Source: Rhodobacterales bacterium (GTDB taxonomy: Bacteria > Pseudomonadota > Alphaproteobacteria > Rhodobacterales > Rhodobacteraceae). From it: a stretch of 64,000 bases of DNA. Of this stretch, positions 25,880 to 35,092 are shown piece by piece (the stretch's first letter is position 1; every line of letters starts with the position of its first letter). Under the pieces are notes generated by a model, which saw nothing but the letters and a program-made list of their open reading frames with translations, was not told the origin of the DNA and did no database searches. A program made the translations under genes and the position numbers. The stretch lies in the NCBI GenBank assembly GCA_026400355.1, contig JAPLPE010000022.1, forward strand, positions 141,507 through 205,506. The letters run 5' to 3'.

Positions 25880-27450
25880 TATTAGGCCTCTGGTTGCGGC
25901 GATTGTTAAGGCCGCGAGCCGGTATGGCGATGCGCGGATCAGAAGCAGATCAACAGACCGAGCTCGTTGGCTCCAGCACAAATACTGCGTTCTCTGACCA
26001 TGATCTTGTCGATCCGCTGCCCTCAATGTTCACTGACGTCCTCACAATCCCGACGCGCCAGGTCGGAATGGAAAGTGCAGTGCGCCTATGCCATCGTCGC
26101 CACCAGGTTCCGGTAATCTTCCTGTTTCGTCATCATGGCCTAGAGGCCACGGGCCATTTTGTCGGCAAGTGAAATCGCCACGACCATGCGAGGCTGTCGA
26201 GCCCGCAAGCGCGTCAGCCAGCCGTTGTTTGGGGTGTCAAACCGTTCGACCGCCTGCAGAACGGCCATCGCGCCTGAGACCAAGAGCGTGTGGATGTCAT
26301 GCTGCCCCATCTTCGACGTCTTGCCCAGCCGGGCTTTGCCGTCCGTCGAGAGCTGCTTTGGCACGAGCCCGAGGAGCCACGCGGCAAAGTCGCGCCCGCG
26401 CCGGAAGGTCGCCAGATCAGCCGCAAAAGTCTTGATCGCAAGCGCCGTGATCGGACCCACGCCCGGCATGGCTAGAAACAGACGCGCCACATCGGCCTTC
26501 TTGGCAGCACTCCTCATCTTCTGGTCAAGTTCTGCAACCCGCGCATTCAACCCTGCAATCTGCGCCAGACACATCTGACCGAGGTCCCGGACATCCTCGG
26601 GCAAAGCCGTTTCGCTATTCTGAATCGCATCTGCGAGGCGCTTGAGTTGCGCTGTTCCCGTCGCTGCGACCAATCCATGCTAGGCGAGATGCCCACGCAA
26701 GGCGTTGATCATCCGGGTGCGCTGCCCGACGAACATCTGCCGCGTGCGAAACAGCATAGCGCGGGCGTGCCGGTCTTCCGTCTTTACAGCAACAAGGCGC
26801 ATCGTAGGTCGCAAGGCGGCCTCAATAATGGCCTCCGAATCCACCGCATCGTTCTTCTGGTGCCTCACGAACGGCTTGACGTAGATGGGCGGGAACAGGC
26901 GCACATCGTGTCCCAGCTTCTCAAACTCGCGTCCCGAGCCATGGGCCGTGGCGCAAGTCTCCATGGCAAGAACACAAATGGGTTGCTCGGCAAGGCACCG
27001 CAGCACCTTGCCCCGAAAAAACTTCTTGCGAAACACAACCGACCCGTCGCCGCGTTCGCCATGCAAGTGGAAAACGCGCTTGCCAATGTCAATGCCGATG
27101 ATGTTAACTTCCGACATGGATGTCCTCTCTTTCTATGATGGCTTCAACGATCATGACATTGGCAGATTGCGATGCCGCAAGGACGGGGCATTCTCGCCAT
27201 CAACAGAGCCGATCAGATAGCGAACCGGGCACAAGCTTTCAAAGCCAAGGTTGACCCGTTCGCGGAAACCGGGGCACGGCCAAGGTGCCAAGGTAAGGAT
27301 TTCGTTGAATCCCAGTTGGCGCTCGATGTACCATCCCGTCCTCCGCCCGACGACGCGCAGTCCCTGTCCTGTCAAAAGCCAGCAAAGCCCTACTGCTTTT
27401 CCCTTGAAGGGCCGCTTTCCAGCCGGCATCCCTTCGCCTATAAGGGTTTA
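25880..27450 (-). mobile_element. IS110-family insertion sequence (boundaries approximate)
   Basis: Contains a DEDD (IS110) transposase reading frame at 26086..27117. Non-coding flanks of roughly 200-330 nt lie on either side. No terminal inverted repeats are expected for this family. Confidence 0.55.
26086..27117 (-). pseudogene. IS110-family transposase with two in-frame TAG codons
   Basis: This is one continuous frame. It starts MSEVNIIGIDIGKRVF...ALRGHLA. A TAG follows at 26680-26682, then HGLVAATG...DKMARGL. A second TAG follows at 26140-26142, then AMMTKQEDYRNLVATMA and the natural TAG at 26086-26088. Confidence 0.85.
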
Positions 27451-27537
27451 ACATTCCGGGCCGGGCGAAGCTGTGCAGACAGGCAAAACGCATGGCGCAC
27501 CCGGATCAACACGACGGGCAACGGGCCGAGGACAGAA

Positions 27538-28035
27538 ATGAGCACAAAGACCTCTCACGAAAGCGACGTGAATTTCATCCGCGCGCTGGCAGAATTGCTG
27601 CGTGAGAACGATCTGACCGAACTTCAGGTGAAGCGCGACTATGGCGAGAACGATAGCCTGAACGTCAGGGTGAGCCGCCAGACGCAGATCGTCCAGCAGG
27701 TCAGTATGCCTGTCGCCGCCGCAGCGGCCACAGCCCCAGCCGCACCGGCAATCTCCGCCGCCCCGGCCAATACCGCCTTTGCCGGCGATCCGGCCAGCCA
27801 TCCGGGCGTCGTGACCTCGCCCATGGTGGGCACCGTCTATCTTCAGGCAGAACCGGGGTCTGCCCCTTTTGCCGTCGTGGGCCAGCAGGTGAAGGAAGGC
27901 GACACCCTTCTCATTATCGAAGCCATGAAGACGATGAACCAGATCCCCGCGCCCCGCGCCGGGACGGTCAAGCGCATCCTGATCGAGGACGGCGCGCCCG
28001 CCGAATACGGCGCCCCCCTCATGATCATCGAATAG
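27538..28035 (+). CDS. accB: Acetyl-CoA carboxylase biotin carboxyl carrier protein
   Basis: Contains the biotinylation motif EAMKTMNQIPAP. The ATG is at 27538. Confidence 0.93.
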   Translation: MSTKTSHESDVNFIRALAELLRENDLTELQVKRDYGENDSLNVRVSRQTQIVQQVSMPVAAAAATAPAAPAISAAPANTAFAGDPASHPGVVTSPMVGTVYLQAEPGSAPFAVVGQQVKEGDTLLIIEAMKTMNQIPAPRAGTVKRILIEDGAPAEYGAPLMIIE

Positions 28036-28044
28036 GCTGGGGTC

Positions 28045-29394
28045 ATGTTCGACAAGATCCTGATTGCCAACCGGGGCGAGATCGCTCTGCGCGTCGTGCG
28101 CGCGTGCCGCGAGATGGGTATCGCCTCGGTGGCGGTCCATTCGACGGCGGATGCGGATGCGATGCATGTGCGTATGGCGGATGAGGCCATCTGCATCGGG
28201 CCGCCGCCTTCTTCGGCAAGCTACCTGTCCTTTCCCGCCATCATCTCGGCATGCGAGATTACGGGGGCGCAGGCGATCCATCCGGGCTATGGCTTCCTGT
28301 CGGAAAACGCCGCCTTTGTGCAAGTGGTCGAAGATCACGGGATCACGTTCATCGGCCCGACGGCGGAGCATATCCGGATCATGGGCGACAAGATCACTGC
28401 CAAGGAAACGGCCAAGGCACTTGGGATTCCCGTGGTTCCCGGGTCGGCCGGCGGTGTGGCCACCTATGACGAGGCCAAGGATATGGCCAGCGCGATCGGT
28501 TACCCCGTGATCATCAAGGCCACCGCCGGTGGAGGGGGGCGAGGGATGAAGGTCGCGCATAATTCCAAAGAGCTTGAGACCGCGTTCCGCACCGCCCGGT
28601 CCGAGGCAAAGGCGGCGTTCGGCAATGAAGAAGTCTATATCGAGAAGTATCTGACAACGCCGCGCCATATCGAGATTCAGGTCTTCGGCGACGGCAAGGG
28701 CAATGCGGTCCATCTGGGCGAACGCGACTGTTCGCTGCAGCGCCGCCATCAGAAGGTGCTAGAGGAGGCCCCCGGCCCTGTCATCACGCAGGCCCTACGC
28801 GACCGAATTGGCAGGGTCTGTGCCGATGCCATGTCCAAGCTGAAATACATTGGCGCAGGCACGATCGAGTTCCTGTTCGAGAATGACGAATTCTATTTCA
28901 TCGAGATGAACACCCGCCTTCAGGTGGAACATCCGGTGACTGAGGCAATCTTCGACGTCGATCTGGTGCGCGAACAAATCCGCGTGGCTGCAGGCCTGCC
29001 GATGTCCTTTACGCAGAAGGATCTCAAGATCAATGGCCACGCCATCGAAGTACGGATCAACGCGGAAAAGTTGCCCGATTTCGCACCGCGCCCGGGCAAG
29101 ATCACACAATACCATGCGCCCGGCGGTCTGGGCGTGCGGATGGATTCGGCGCTTTACGACGGCTACAAGATCCCGCCCCATTACGACAGCCTGATCGCTA
29201 AGCTGATCGTGCATGGCCGCGACCGTCCCGAGGCGCTGGCCCGTCTGGCGCGCGCGCTGGGCGAATTGATCGTTGACGGCGTCGATACGACGATCCCGCT
29301 GTTTGATGCGCTTCTGCAGGACCCGGCCATTCAGGCGGGGGATTACAACATCCACTGGCTGGAAAAGTGGCTCGCGGTGAATTTCGCCAAGTAG
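28045..29394 (+). CDS. accC: Acetyl-CoA carboxylase biotin carboxylase subunit
   Basis: [26 protein letters not shown]... shows full-length ATP-grasp architecture. Confidence 0.97.
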   Translation: MFDKILIANRGEIALRVVRACREMGIASVAVHSTADADAMHVRMADEAICIGPPPSSASYLSFPAIISACEITGAQAIHPGYGFLSENAAFVQVVEDHGITFIGPTAEHIRIMGDKITAKETAKALGIPVVPGSAGGVATYDEAKDMASAIGYPVIIKATAGGGGRGMKVAHNSKELETAFRTARSEAKAAFGNEEVYIEKYLTTPRHIEIQVFGDGKGNAVHLGERDCSLQRRHQKVLEEAPGPVITQALRDRIGRVCADAMSKLKYIGAGTIEFLFENDEFYFIEMNTRLQVEHPVTEAIFDVDLVREQIRVAAGLPMSFTQKDLKINGHAIEVRINAEKLPDFAPRPGKITQYHAPGGLGVRMDSALYDGYKIPPHYDSLIAKLIVHGRDRPEALARLARALGELIVDGVDTTIPLFDALLQDPAIQAGDYNIHWLEKWLAVNFAK

Positions 29395-29414
29395 TCTTGG
29401 GCTGATCCGACATG

Positions 29415-29446
29415 AAAAGGGGCGCACTGTGGCGCCCCTTTTTGCT
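29415..29446 (+). terminator. Canonical (bidirectional) intrinsic terminator after accC
   Basis: AAAA-GGGGCGC-ACTGTG-GCGCCCC-TTTTTGC. Confidence 0.75.
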
Positions 29447-29454
29447 TTATGGCG

Positions 29455-30381
29455 CTACTTGTCGCCGTGGGTGACTTCCCCGGGCTTTTGCCAGTCGCCC
29501 GGCACGCTAAGATCTATGCCAGCGACATCCTCGATCACTTTGCCGACGGTCATCTCGCCGGCGCCGTTGCCGTAGCGGCGGCCCGCCTCACGGAAGCGTT
29601 CTTGGGTGGCCTCGGCCAGGGTGCCGGTCGTGCCGACTCGGTCAATCAGTTCCTTGATCAGGCCCAGATCCTTGAGACAAAGCGCGATCGGGAAGGACGG
29701 GTCGTAGTGACCTGCAAAGATAGTCGGCACGTCGTGGCTGAGGACGAAACTGTCAGCCGCCCCGCCCTTCATCACCTCCTATCAGACCAGCGGATCAAGA
29801 CCGGCGAATTTGGCTGCCACCATCGCCTCGCCAATGGCGGCGGCGAGGATCTTCCAAAGCTGGTTGTTGAAGACCTTGGCGACAAAGCCGTTGCCATAGG
29901 CGCCGACCTTGCGCAGTTGGCCCACAGCCTTGATCATCGAGCGGACCTATTCGATCACGGCGTCGGTTCCGCCCACGAACACCGGCATGTCGCCCCAGAT
30001 CGCCGCATCCATGGACCCGGTGAAGGGCGCATCGACGGCATGACCACCGCACGCCTCGAACTCCGCCGCGAGTTCGCGCATGAGGAAGGGCGACGAGGTC
30101 GTCATCTCGATCCGGACTTTTCCCGCAGGATCGCCCGACAGGAAACCAGCGGGGCCGCGCATGACCTGTTCCACCTCTTTGGGGCCAAAGACCATCGTCA
30201 CGACCACCTCCACGGCATCCAGCACGGTGGCGGGCGACTCTGCTGCAGTGGCCCCCATCGCGACAAGCGGTGCCGCGGCCTCGGGCCGGATGTCATGGAT
30301 GACAAGGTCGAACTCCTTGCGCCAGATGTTGGCCGCCGCATGCTTGCCCATGGTCCCCAGTCCGATAAAGCCGATAATCAT
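29455..30381 (-). pseudogene. NAD(P)-dependent 3-hydroxyisobutyrate/6-phosphogluconate dehydrogenase-family oxidoreductase with three in-frame stops
   Basis: This is a single frame. It starts MIIGFIGLGTMGKHAA...TDAVIE. A TAG follows at 29947-29949, then VRSMIKAVGQ...GLDPLV. TGA-TAG follows at 29779-29784, then EVMKGGAADS.... Confidence 0.8.
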
Positions 30382-30475
30382 CGTTGTCTCCCCGGAAAGC
30401 CTTGCGTCGGCTTTGCCCGAGGATCATCGTTGAAGTCCAACCAAACCCAGTGATGCCCCCATCAGCCGCGTTGAT

Positions 30476-31326
30476 ATGGATATCGAACTTCGCCTTCTGC
30501 GTTCGTTAGGGACCGTCTACGAGACGGGATCAGTCAGCCGCGCGGCGGCGGCGATGGCCTACGCGCAGCAGGTCATGTCGATGTGGATCAAGTTGCTGGA
30601 AAGCCAGATCGGCCAGCCCCTGTTCCTGCGCCGCCCAACCGGGCTGGAGCCCACGCCGCGCGGGGTTGAGTTGTATGCCCTGGCGCTGACGGTGCTGTCA
30701 ACCTGTGACGAGATGATGTCGGCGCTTCGGGTCGCACCCACGCAGGACAGGCTGCGTATCAGGATGCCGGACGACTATGCCTCGGGGTTCCCCTGGGGCC
30801 GCTGGTCTCCGGGCTCTGGAAAGACTTCACAGGGGCCGAGGTTGATCCGACCTGCCATCTGTCAGCGCAACTGGTCGTGTGGCTGGATCGGCGCGAAATT
30901 GATCTTCGCCTTGTCACAACGACCGCACTGCCCGCTGGCACGGTGGCGACCTTCGAACTGCCAGTGTTCTGGCTCATTTCGGCCGACCGTCAAAGCGGCT
31001 CGGCCGATCTCGTCGCCTATCCTGAGTGCTGCATGTTCCGCCGGGCGATGACGCAGACTTTGGATGCAGCCGGACTGCACCGGCGGGTTGCGGCGCAATC
31101 GCCGTCGCTGACGGGGATTCTTGTGGCCATGAGGTCGTACGTGGCCGTTACGGCGGTTGTGCAGGGCACGGCACCGGATGGGCCGATCACGCGAGCCGAG
31201 GCGGAGGGTTTGCCGCCCCTGCCTCGTTTGGCGTTGCATCTTGTCCTGTCGCCCTCAGCCCCGGCGCTGGGCCGGCCCGCGGCAAAGCGGCACAAGGCGC
31301 ATCTGGACGAACTATGTCTGATCTGA
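30476..31326 (+). pseudogene. LysR-family transcriptional regulator with a frameshift near 30784-30792
   Basis: The HTH part (MDIELRLLRSLGTVYETGSVSRAAAAM...) is in frame 2. The substrate-binding part (PLGPLVSGLWKDFTGAEV...LVVWLDRREIDLRLVTT...) is in frame 1. The switch falls at a G/C homopolymer-rich spot. It is divergent from the decayed oxidoreductase. Confidence 0.75.
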
Positions 31327-31952
31327 CACCCGAAATGCTTCTGGCCGGCTACGCGGAGGGCATCTTTCCAATGGCTGAACACCGCGAGGACGATGCGGTG
31401 TTCTGGGTCAACCCACAGATGCGCGGAGTTTTTCCGCTGGAGTTGTTCCACGTGTCGCGGTCGTTGGCCAAACGGATGCGGTCGGGTCAGTTCACCGTGA
31501 CGACGGATCACGCCTTTGCGCAAGTTGTCTCGGGCTGCGCAGACCGTGCGGAGACCTGGATTTCCGGCACGATCTTGGACCTCTATTGCGAACTGTTCCG
31601 CCTGAAACATGCCCACTCGATTGAGGTCTGGGAAGGAGCGGAATTGGTTGGGGGTGTCTACGGTGTGACCCTGGGCGCTGCGTTCTTTGGCGAAAGCATG
31701 TTTTCGCGGCGAACGGACGCGTCAAAGGTTGCCTTGGCCTATCTGGTGGACCGGCTCAAGGCGGGGGGGTTCATCCTGTTTGACGCACAGTTCCAGACGG
31801 CCCATCTGAGAAGCCTTGGCGCCATCGAGATCAGCCGGGCCGCCTACCGGCGGCAACTGGCAGCAGCGCTGGAGACGTCAGCTGATTTCCACCGACAGGG
31901 GCCGATCCCGTCCGCTCAGGGCGTGATACAGCGCAGCACCCAGACGTCATAA
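31314..31952 (+). CDS. aat: Leucyl/phenylalanyl-tRNA--protein transferase
   Basis: MSDLTPEMLLAGYAEGIFPMAE...WVNPQMRGVFPL...GVYGVTLGAAFFGESMFS. Confidence 0.9.
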   Translation: MSDLTPEMLLAGYAEGIFPMAEHREDDAVFWVNPQMRGVFPLELFHVSRSLAKRMRSGQFTVTTDHAFAQVVSGCADRAETWISGTILDLYCELFRLKHAHSIEVWEGAELVGGVYGVTLGAAFFGESMFSRRTDASKVALAYLVDRLKAGGFILFDAQFQTAHLRSLGAIEISRAAYRRQLAAALETSADFHRQGPIPSAQGVIQRSTQTS

Positions 31953-32407
31953 CGCGGGTGGTCCATCGCGTTGAGCGCGGGAGAAGAGGCGACCATCCAG
32001 CCCTGAAACACCGGATCGACGATGTCCCGGTAGAAGATCGAGAGAAGCGCCCAGGCATCGCCCGACGGGTTGTCGGACGGATAGCGGCATTCCGTCAGAG
32101 CGACGGTCAGACTGCCTACAACCTGAGATTCTGCGTCGCGCAGTTCAAGGTCGGTGACGACGCCACTGATCTTGTCCAGCACGCGGACAACACCGCCGGG
32201 GGCTGTCACTGCGCGCAGCTGGACAACTTCGGGAAAGCTGGACTGCGGGGTGAGGATGTTACCGTATTCGTCCGTCAGCGGCTGTTCTTCGGGCCGGGCT
32301 TGCGGCGTGATGATGTTGCCGAACTCATCCGTCAGCTGCTGGGTTTCCTGCGCTATCAGGCTGGTGGCGCAGAAGACAAGCGCCATGGCAAGGCTGCGGC
32401 GCATCAT
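31916..32407 (-). CDS. DUF2155 domain-containing secreted protein
   Basis: Has a signal peptide (MALVFCATSLIAQ) and LTECRYPSDNPSGDAWA...DHPRYDVWVLRC. The mlaD / NDUFA12-like neighbourhood is typical for alphaproteobacteria. Confidence 0.7.
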   Translation of the reverse strand: MMRRSLAMALVFCATSLIAQETQQLTDEFGNIITPQARPEEQPLTDEYGNILTPQSSFPEVVQLRAVTAPGGVVRVLDKISGVVTDLELRDAESQVVGSLTVALTECRYPSDNPSGDAWALLSIFYRDIVDPVFQGWMVASSPALNAMDHPRYDVWVLRCITP

Positions 32408-32871
32408 GGAGCCGGCTGTGTCGCCGTCGTCGAGTCGCCCGCGACAAAAGTAAGAAGGAGTTGCAGCAGGCTGACCGCGCCCTGCGTGTCCACGATTTCG
32501 GCGCCATCGGCAAAGTTGTCGAGCGAACCGCCCGGCACGATTTCAATGAAGTTGCCGCCAAGAAGCCCTTCGGACGAGACTATGGCCGAGGAGTCGTTGG
32601 GGATTGGCACGGTATCAAGCAGGGTCATAACCGTATCGGCGCGGTAGTTTTCGGGGTTCAGCCGGGTTTCGGTCACGGTCCCGATCTTGACGCCCGCGAG
32701 CCGCACATCGGTGCCCACGGTCACACCTTCGATCGACCGGAAGCTGGCCGTCAGATGGAAATCACCGCCACGATCGGTAAAGCCAGTCGCCTGCGCCGCA
32801 TAGGCCAGAAAGCCCACGGCAGCGAAAAGGACCACGCCGCCTACGATGACTTCTACAGGGCTTTCCCGCAT
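32404..32871 (-). CDS. mlaD: Outer membrane lipid asymmetry maintenance protein MlaD
   Basis: Has an N-terminal TM segment and an MCE domain (LTASFRSIEGVTVGTDVRLAGVKIGTV). I chose the ATG at 32871. Confidence 0.8.
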   Translation of the reverse strand: MRESPVEVIVGGVVLFAAVGFLAYAAQATGFTDRGGDFHLTASFRSIEGVTVGTDVRLAGVKIGTVTETRLNPENYRADTVMTLLDTVPIPNDSSAIVSSEGLLGGNFIEIVPGGSLDNFADGAEIVDTQGAVSLLQLLLTFVAGDSTTATQPAP

Positions 32872-32875
32872 CGGC

Positions 32876-33265
32876 TTACTCCGGCGTCCAGGCCTCGTAA
32901 TCGCTGCGCGCCGTGGGCTCGCCCCGGCGGATCGAGCCGATGGGGGCATATGCCAACGCCGTGCCGGTCAGGTTCGGCTCGTGCGGCTTTTCCCAGGGCT
33001 TGCGGATCAGAGGCCTTTCCGTCGGCGGTTCGTTCCAGGTCCGGTGCAGCCAGCCGTGCCAGTCCGGATTGATCCTGCTGGCCTCGATCTCGCCGTTGAA
33101 GATCACCCAGCGGCGGCTGTCGTCCGCAGTACGGTAGTAGACGTTTCCCTGTCCGTCCTCTCCTACCTGGACCCCTCTGCGCCAGGTCAGAAACTGCGTG
33201 TTCAGGGTCTGCCCGTCCCACCAGGTAAAGGCACGCTTGATCGTGTTCAGGAATCCCATGGGCAC
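32876..33265 (-). CDS. NADH:ubiquinone oxidoreductase subunit NDUFA12-like protein
   Basis: Contains [17 protein letters not shown]...GNVYYR...RRWVIFNGE...IPPEWHGWLH-like motifs. Confidence 0.85.
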   Translation of the reverse strand: MPMGFLNTIKRAFTWWDGQTLNTQFLTWRRGVQVGEDGQGNVYYRTADDSRRWVIFNGEIEASRINPDWHGWLHRTWNEPPTERPLIRKPWEKPHEPNLTGTALAYAPIGSIRRGEPTARSDYEAWTPE

Positions 33266-33349
33266 CGCTCCAGATCTGTGACCTGCTTCTGCCCGAAACG
33301 CAGGGCAAGGTCCAGCGGGAAGGGCGAAGCTACGGCCGGTGTCCGCCGG

Positions 33350-33730
33350 TCAGGGCAGTTTCGCCATCAGCTCGATCTCGATTTTCATCGCAGGTTCCAT
33401 GAGACCAGCCTGGATCATTATCGCGGCGGGGCGGGCCTTGGCAAAGGCTTTGGATGTGTGGGGCCAGCAGGCCGGAAAATCAGACCGGTCGGGCAGGACA
33501 TAGGTCACGCGAACCACGTGGTCGAGCGAAGTGCCCGCCTCTTCCAGAACGCGGGCGATGGTGGCGAGCGCGTTGGCGCATTGGTCGGCCACGCCCTCGG
33601 GCATGGTCATGGTGGCGTAGTCGTAGCCCGTGGTGCCCGCGACAAAGACCCAACCATCCGTGACGACGGCGCGAGAGTAGCCGATCTGGGCCTCGAACGG
33701 CGATCCGGTGGAGATGAGGCGGCGGGACAT
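33350..33730 (-). CDS. RidA/YjgF-family protein
   Basis: MSRRLISTGSPFEAQIGYSRAVVTDGWVFVAGTTG...IEIELMA. Confidence 0.85.
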   Translation of the reverse strand: MSRRLISTGSPFEAQIGYSRAVVTDGWVFVAGTTGYDYATMTMPEGVADQCANALATIARVLEEAGTSLDHVVRVTYVLPDRSDFPACWPHTSKAFAKARPAAIMIQAGLMEPAMKIEIELMAKLP

Positions 33731-33807
33731 GGGCGGGGGCCTTTCGGAATGGGTTCGATGAGAGGATAGGGAGGCAGTGGGGGGACTTGAATTGGCAAAC
33801 GCACGGA

Positions 33808-34027
33808 TTGAACGGGATCTGGGGGGATTCTAGTGGAAGCACCGCCCCGCTCGCGCTCTACCGTTTCCATCGGCCCGAGTTCCTTATTCATCACCGGAGG
33901 TCGGGGTCGGCCATGGCGGGGGCGAAGCACCCGCCATGCCGCGGAGCGGGCAATGACCGGGACGCTAAGGCGTCCCGGTCGGAAAGTGCCACTGTTGCCA
34001 AGTCACCAGGGCGATCGGCCTGGTCAG
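33808..34027 (-). repeat. Copy C (most diverged) of the three-member structured element, upstream of the RidA-family gene
   Basis: The minus strand carries GAGCGGGGCGGTGCTTCCACTAGAATCCCCCCAGATCCCGTTC and the 5' hairpin CTGACCAGG-N8-CCTGG. In that hairpin the CCAAG/CTTGG pairing is replaced by CCAGG/CCTGG. Confidence 0.5.
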
Positions 34028-34144
34028 CAGGGCAAATTGGATTCTTGAGAAAGTGCTAGGTAGACGTTCCCGGTCTCCAGTCTCCCTTGCCGACCAAGAT
34101 CAGGAGTGGTTCGGTTCGGCACACACCCTTTGAGGAGTTCCCAG

Positions 34145-34540
34145 ATGGATCACTTCCCCGCCGGATCGCGCCTTTCAACAATGGGACCGGCCCACTGGTT
34201 CACGGGCAAGGTCACCATGACCCCCGTGATCGAGGCTCCTGCACCCGCGCGAGTGCGTGCGGCACTTGTCACTTTTGCCCCGGCCGCGCGGACCCACTGG
34301 CACACGCATCCGCTGGGCCAGACGATCCATATCCTGTCAGGCCAAGGGCGGGCGCAGCGGGAAGGCGGCCCGGTCATCACTATTTGCCCCGGCGACACCG
34401 TCTGGTTCGCCCCCGGTGAGAGGCATTGGCATGGCGCAGGGCCAAATGGACAGATGACCCATCTTGCCTTTCAGGAGGCAGAGAACGGGACGGCCGTGAC
34501 TTGGGCGGAACCGGTGACGGATACGCAGTTCACGGGCTAA
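34145..34540 (+). CDS. Cupin-domain protein
   Basis: Contains HWHTHPLGQTIHILSG...WFAPGERHWHGA. The ATG at 34145 has GAGGAG upstream. Confidence 0.75.
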   Translation: MDHFPAGSRLSTMGPAHWFTGKVTMTPVIEAPAPARVRAALVTFAPAARTHWHTHPLGQTIHILSGQGRAQREGGPVITICPGDTVWFAPGERHWHGAGPNGQMTHLAFQEAENGTAVTWAEPVTDTQFTG

Positions 34541-34548
34541 AGGGTTTC

Positions 34549-35050
34549 AATCGCCTTCGCGCAAGCGAAAGCCGAGCCTCGCCTGGGCAGAATAGCCGAA
34601 GATGACCTCGATCGGTTCCTCTGCCCATCAACCACCCGGCAAGGCAAGATCAACCCGGAGGTCCTCGAACAACGGATCTCTCAGGGCGTTCCGGCGAAGG
34701 CTGGAAATCTCATCAAAGCCGGCCGTGATTTCCGGCCCCAGAGCCGGATGCCAGTTTCCGTCGAACCGCATGAACCGACGATTCTGAAAGTCCAGGTCAG
34801 GCTCGGCCCTTGGCGGAGGCGGACCTTGAGGGGCATCCTCGGCCAGACGCAAAACAGCATCGGTTCAGCCGTATGGGTACCCCGGTGGATTCCACCATCG
34901 AGATGCGATCACACCAGTATGGTAAACGACCCCTACAAGCACACTGGCCGCGTATTTGCAATTTTCCGATGCAATCGATCCTTCCTGGTGCTGCTGGTCC
35001 AGGACCGAAAGGCCGACCATGACCGCAAGACATGGTGCCCCGCGATCCAC
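34549..35050 (-). pseudogene. Hypothetical secreted/membrane protein gene interrupted by two in-frame TGA codons
   Basis: ORFs 34865..35050 and 34628..34852 are in the same frame, as is a further 26 codons. The reading is ...NPPGYPYG-TGA-TDAVLRLAED...LALPGG-TGA-WAEEPIEVIFGYSAQARLGFRLREGD. The family is not recognised, so coding status is uncertain. Confidence 0.4.
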
Positions 35051-35092
35051 CTCGCAGGGGTTAATGCCATGCCCGGGCGTTAGGGCCGGCGG

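Noticed and set aside
16796-35050. Genetic-code reassignment (UGA or UAG read as sense) to explain the in-frame stops
   Set aside because: Well-conserved genes in the same window terminate normally at TGA (ribE, nrdR, the OPX gene, ribBA, tolC) and TAG (the natural transposase end). Both TGA and TAG occur internally. All affected genes are accessory. Pseudogenisation is the simpler explanation.
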